In this document: in pieces, positions 29,231 to 32,577 of the stretch
How positions within the stretch are numbered: position 1 is the stretch's first letter
How the letters are laid out: each line of letters opens with the position of its first letter
DNA from: Tolypothrix carrinoi HA7290-LM1
Lineage (GTDB): Bacteria > Cyanobacteriota > Cyanobacteriia > Cyanobacteriales > Nostocaceae
Reading direction: 5' to 3'
Length of the DNA: 32,577 bases
Assembly: GCA_019358935.1 (NCBI GenBank)
Contig: JAHHIK010000093.1
Location: 1 to 32,577, forward strand
The notes under the pieces: model-generated
Databases searched by the model: none
What the model was told of the DNA's origin: nothing
The model's input: the letters and a program-made list of their open reading frames with translations, nothing else
Made by a program: the position numbers and the translations under genes

Positions 29231-29563
29231 GAGGAAAGGAAAGAAATATTTTCTTGCAATCTTGTTTGCAGGTTAAATTTTGTTAAGAAATAGTAGCTCA
29301 TAATACATACACTGAGGAAAACCGCAGATAACATTAGAGAAATCTTACCCTTGGAAAAATTCTAGGGAAAGATTTTTGTTATCGCTGTTTTCTTTCAGCT
29401 TTGGGATGCCCTGTATCTATGGTTAATAGCACAGATTCGTCGAAGTATTTAATTCGACATCGTAAGAGCGAAAACTAGCAAAGAAAAATTACCCCACAAG
29501 GGTGAGGCTACACTTGACATAAGTCTGTCATTATGCATTTAAAGGAAATACGAGGAGTTTGCC

Positions 29564-29815
29564 ATGCATCGACAAATGTGCTGGTTATCTAAGTTTGGCG
29601 GCGATGGAGAGAAAATTTTACATTTGCAGACTGCACCTAATCAACCGTGGCGTCCTTACACAGCTTTTCCACAATATGCAGTAGCGGATTACAAAATAGA
29701 AGGCGGTTCTCTGGGTTGGGCAACTTACCAAAAGCTTTTGAAAGCAGGCTGGACTGTGGTACATAGCGCACGGGCAAAGGAGTTTAGCAGCAACTCGGCA
29801 GAAGTTAAAAGTTAG
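29564..29815 (+). CDS. Small hypothetical protein
   Basis: GAGGAG RBS upstream and a plausible 83-aa product. Confidence 0.75.
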   Translation: MHRQMCWLSKFGGDGEKILHLQTAPNQPWRPYTAFPQYAVADYKIEGGSLGWATYQKLLKAGWTVVHSARAKEFSSNSAEVKS

Positions 29816-29862
29816 GAGTTAAAAGTTAGGAGTTAGGAGTTAGGAGTTGGGAGTTGGGAGTC
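29803..29862. repeat. STRR heptamer array (GTTAGGA/GTTGGGA/GTTAAAA)
   Basis: Tandem 7-mers overlapping the stop codon. Confidence 0.9.
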
Positions 29863-30253
29863 TCCTGACCCGCTAAGAATTTCGGCGTTGGTGTAACGTG
29901 TTTGAATTTGGTGATGTCAACATTTGGATCTAGGCTTGTAGAAGCAATTCATGAATTGCTTCTACGCTCATTCATACCTTGATTGGTGCAACGCCAGAAT
30001 TTATATAATTTTACACCCAATATCTGCACTCCAGAAACATTGCACATATGCACCTGTGCGCCACGCAACCTCTGCACTTGGCTATTTGCGTTCATACGAT
30101 AATTGGATATACAAACGTAGGTTAGGCATATGGGCGATCGCGGCTTACTGTTTTTAAGTAATGTAAAATGCTTAACCTTAAAATTAACGACAGTTAAGCT
30201 GGGTGGGATAATTTATTGAAGTTATCTCCAGGGCAAACGTATACTTATCCTGT

Positions 30254-30934
30254 ATGGATACACACATTAATCGGCTGATCGAGAGTATCCACCAACTACT
30301 ACCAGGATTGCAGATCGAGAGTGTCGATCCCCACGACCCGGTGAAAGTCCATTATCTACCTGACCCTTGGCGGCTTTTGGGAAAGGGAAACTACGCCGTA
30401 GTGGTTTATCACCCCGACCACCCAAACCTGGTGGTGAAAATTTACGCCCCAGGACGACCGGGCTTTGAGGAGGAAGTGGAGGTATACCGACGCTTGGGTT
30501 CACATCCAGCTTATTCTCAGTGTTTGTACGCTTTAGACAACTTCTTAGTGCTGAAGCGGTTGTATGGCGTAACCCTCTATGACTGCATCCACCGTGGTCT
30601 GCGTATCCCTAAAAAGGTTATACAAGACATCGACTCTGCGCTAGACTATGCTCGTGGGCGCGGTCTTCACCCCCATGATATCCACGGACGCAATGTAATG
30701 ATGCACGAAGGTAGAGGACTAGTTGTAGATGTTTCGGACTTCCTCGATCGCGAGACTTGCTCAAAGTGGAATAACCTGAAGAAGGGATATTACTGGCTGT
30801 ACCGCCCCTTCATCTCTCCAATAAAGCTGCGGATACCCTACTTTGTCCTCGATGTTGTCCGCAGAAGTTATCGCCGATGCGCTTGGTTTAAGACTACTTG
30901 CTGTCGGTTAGTACGTTCATTTATATCGCCATAA
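30254..30934 (+). CDS. Minimal Ser/Thr protein kinase-like protein
   Basis: LGKGNYAVV, VVKIY, PHDIHGRNVM and VVDVSDF kinase motifs. Confidence 0.85.
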   Translation: MDTHINRLIESIHQLLPGLQIESVDPHDPVKVHYLPDPWRLLGKGNYAVVVYHPDHPNLVVKIYAPGRPGFEEEVEVYRRLGSHPAYSQCLYALDNFLVLKRLYGVTLYDCIHRGLRIPKKVIQDIDSALDYARGRGLHPHDIHGRNVMMHEGRGLVVDVSDFLDRETCSKWNNLKKGYYWLYRPFISPIKLRIPYFVLDVVRRSYRRCAWFKTTCCRLVRSFISP

Positions 30935-30988
30935 GTCCTCAAGCCTATACAATAGTCTAAGTATTGGGCATTTGCAAGGGGTCGCAAA

Positions 30989-32185
30989 GTGGCTGATGAT
31001 GTAAACGCACAAAAGATTCATCCGAAAGACTTTTCATGGTCTTTCTGGTTCACTTTGCCACTTTACCCGTATGGCAGACGCCAGACAATTCGCAAGGAAG
31101 TGGTTAAAGACACAATTTGGACTTTTGACCAGCTTCAGGGGATTTTCTACATTGTTGTGCCGATTCGCATGACTGTTGTTAAGCTTGATGAAGGTGGTTT
31201 GCTGGTTTATGCACCGATCGCACCCACCCCAGAATGTATCCGGCTGGTCAAAGAGTTGGTGACACACCACGGCGATGTTAAGTATATCATTCTGCCAACT
31301 ATTTCTGGATTGGAACACAAAGTTTTTGTCGGTCCGTTTGCGAGATGCTTTGCGAATGCACAGGTATTTGTGGCTCCACAGCAGTGGAGTTTCCCAGTAA
31401 ATCTGCCTTTAAGTTGGCTCGGTTTGCCTTCTAAGCGTACTTCATTTCTTCCAGAAGACAGCAGTACAGCACCGTTTGCAAAGGATTTTGATTATGCGAT
31501 ACTCGGTCCAATTCATTTGGGACCGGGTAAGTTTGCCGAAGTTGCATTTTTTCACAAGCGATCGCATACTCTGCTTGTCACCGATTCTGTTGTTTCTGTA
31601 CCAGAAGATCCGCCGGCGATCGTACAATTAGATCCATATCCTCTGCTGTTTCATGCTAAAGACAAAGCAACTGATATCGTTGCCGACAATCAGCTAAACC
31701 GCCGTAAAGGATGGCAGCGTATCTCTTTATTTGCTTTATACTTTCAACCGAGCGTATTAGAAGTACCCGCATGGGGTGAAGTGTTTCGCAATGCCTTCAA
31801 AGCACCGGAACGTTCAAAAAAAGCATATTTTGGGTTGTTTCCCTTTCAATGGAAGCAAAACTGGAAACAGTCTTTTGATGCACTACGCGGAGATGGTCGT
31901 TTGTTTGTGGCACCAATTTTACAAACTCTCATTCTCAACCGCGCACCCCAGGAAACTATCGAATGGGCTGAGAAGATTGCAAATTGGGACTTTCAGCAAA
32001 TTATTCCCTGTCACTTTGACGCACCGATTAAAGCACAGCCGTATCAGTTTAGACAAGCATTCTCGTTTTTAGAAAAGCAGTGTAGTAGTTATCTTCTGCC
32101 AGAGGAGGACTTTACATTACTCAAGACAATTGACGCAGGTTTGAATAAGAGTGGTATTGTACCACCTGCAAAGGATAAGGTTTAA
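30989..32185 (+). CDS. DUF4336-like protein (metallo-hydrolase-like fold)
   Basis: RMTVVKL..GGLLVYAP, VKYII.P...EHK, EVAFFH..S.TLLVTD and IIPCH motifs. Confidence 0.85.
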   Translation: MADDVNAQKIHPKDFSWSFWFTLPLYPYGRRQTIRKEVVKDTIWTFDQLQGIFYIVVPIRMTVVKLDEGGLLVYAPIAPTPECIRLVKELVTHHGDVKYIILPTISGLEHKVFVGPFARCFANAQVFVAPQQWSFPVNLPLSWLGLPSKRTSFLPEDSSTAPFAKDFDYAILGPIHLGPGKFAEVAFFHKRSHTLLVTDSVVSVPEDPPAIVQLDPYPLLFHAKDKATDIVADNQLNRRKGWQRISLFALYFQPSVLEVPAWGEVFRNAFKAPERSKKAYFGLFPFQWKQNWKQSFDALRGDGRLFVAPILQTLILNRAPQETIEWAEKIANWDFQQIIPCHFDAPIKAQPYQFRQAFSFLEKQCSSYLLPEEDFTLLKTIDAGLNKSGIVPPAKDKV

Positions 32186-32577
32186 CAAAAAGGGCAAATT
32201 ATGAACGTCTAGAAAGGCAATTTTTGTAAAAAATCACCTGCTCATGTATTTTTACTTGACAAAAATAAGCAAACATATTTATGTGCGTGTTCTCTCAGGT
32301 CTTCCAGCATTCTATTTTCAAATTCCTCACTTGATTCATCACCCTGAAATCACTATCTTCGGAAACAATTATCAAAAGGTTTGATATTTGGAAAAGAAGA
32401 TATTCATCTTCTCTCCAAGGTTTTTTGTTGATTTTATCCGCTCTGAAATCTCAGGGTAAGCGCATCTCAATTGGAGTTGACAAGTACGAAATAGTATGCT
32501 AAGGCGTGAAAGCAGCTATTTTAGATTGGGGGCAGTCTCGTGGCATCAGGATTCAAATCTCATGAAGTACAAACTAA

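Noticed and set aside
29951..30157. 68-aa ORF
   Set aside because: No RBS or recognisable motif, so it cannot be supported.
32280..32577. Possible degenerate minus-strand coding remnant
   Set aside because: Only short acidic fragments in shifting frames. The family cannot be identified from sequence alone.

Overview
Chromosomal window from a filamentous cyanobacterium, most likely Nostocales (frequent HIP1 GCGATCGC sites, heptameric STRR arrays, SDR-type mini-repeats). It opens with the 3' end of a group II intron (domains V-VI) inserted in the C-terminus of an IS200/IS605 tnpB gene, followed by that element's right end. Next come a decayed flavoprotein cluster and a PAP2 phosphatase. A large minus-strand signalling locus follows: a soluble poly-HAMP hybrid kinase, a frameshifted CHASE3-type hybrid kinase, orphan CheR and CheB, a REC-PAS hybrid kinase, a single-domain response regulator and a membrane PAS kinase. 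All four kinase genes carry an in-frame, self-complementary (GQG)n/(SPLSPP)n repeat cassette. Also present are a non-autonomous IS605-type mini-element with an internal promoter, an SLH-fasciclin surface protein, an aldo/keto reductase, DUF1802-like, kinase-like and DUF4336-like genes, and many small mobile repeats. No CRISPR array, rRNA or tRNA was recognised. Domain names come from recognising motifs by eye, not from database searches.
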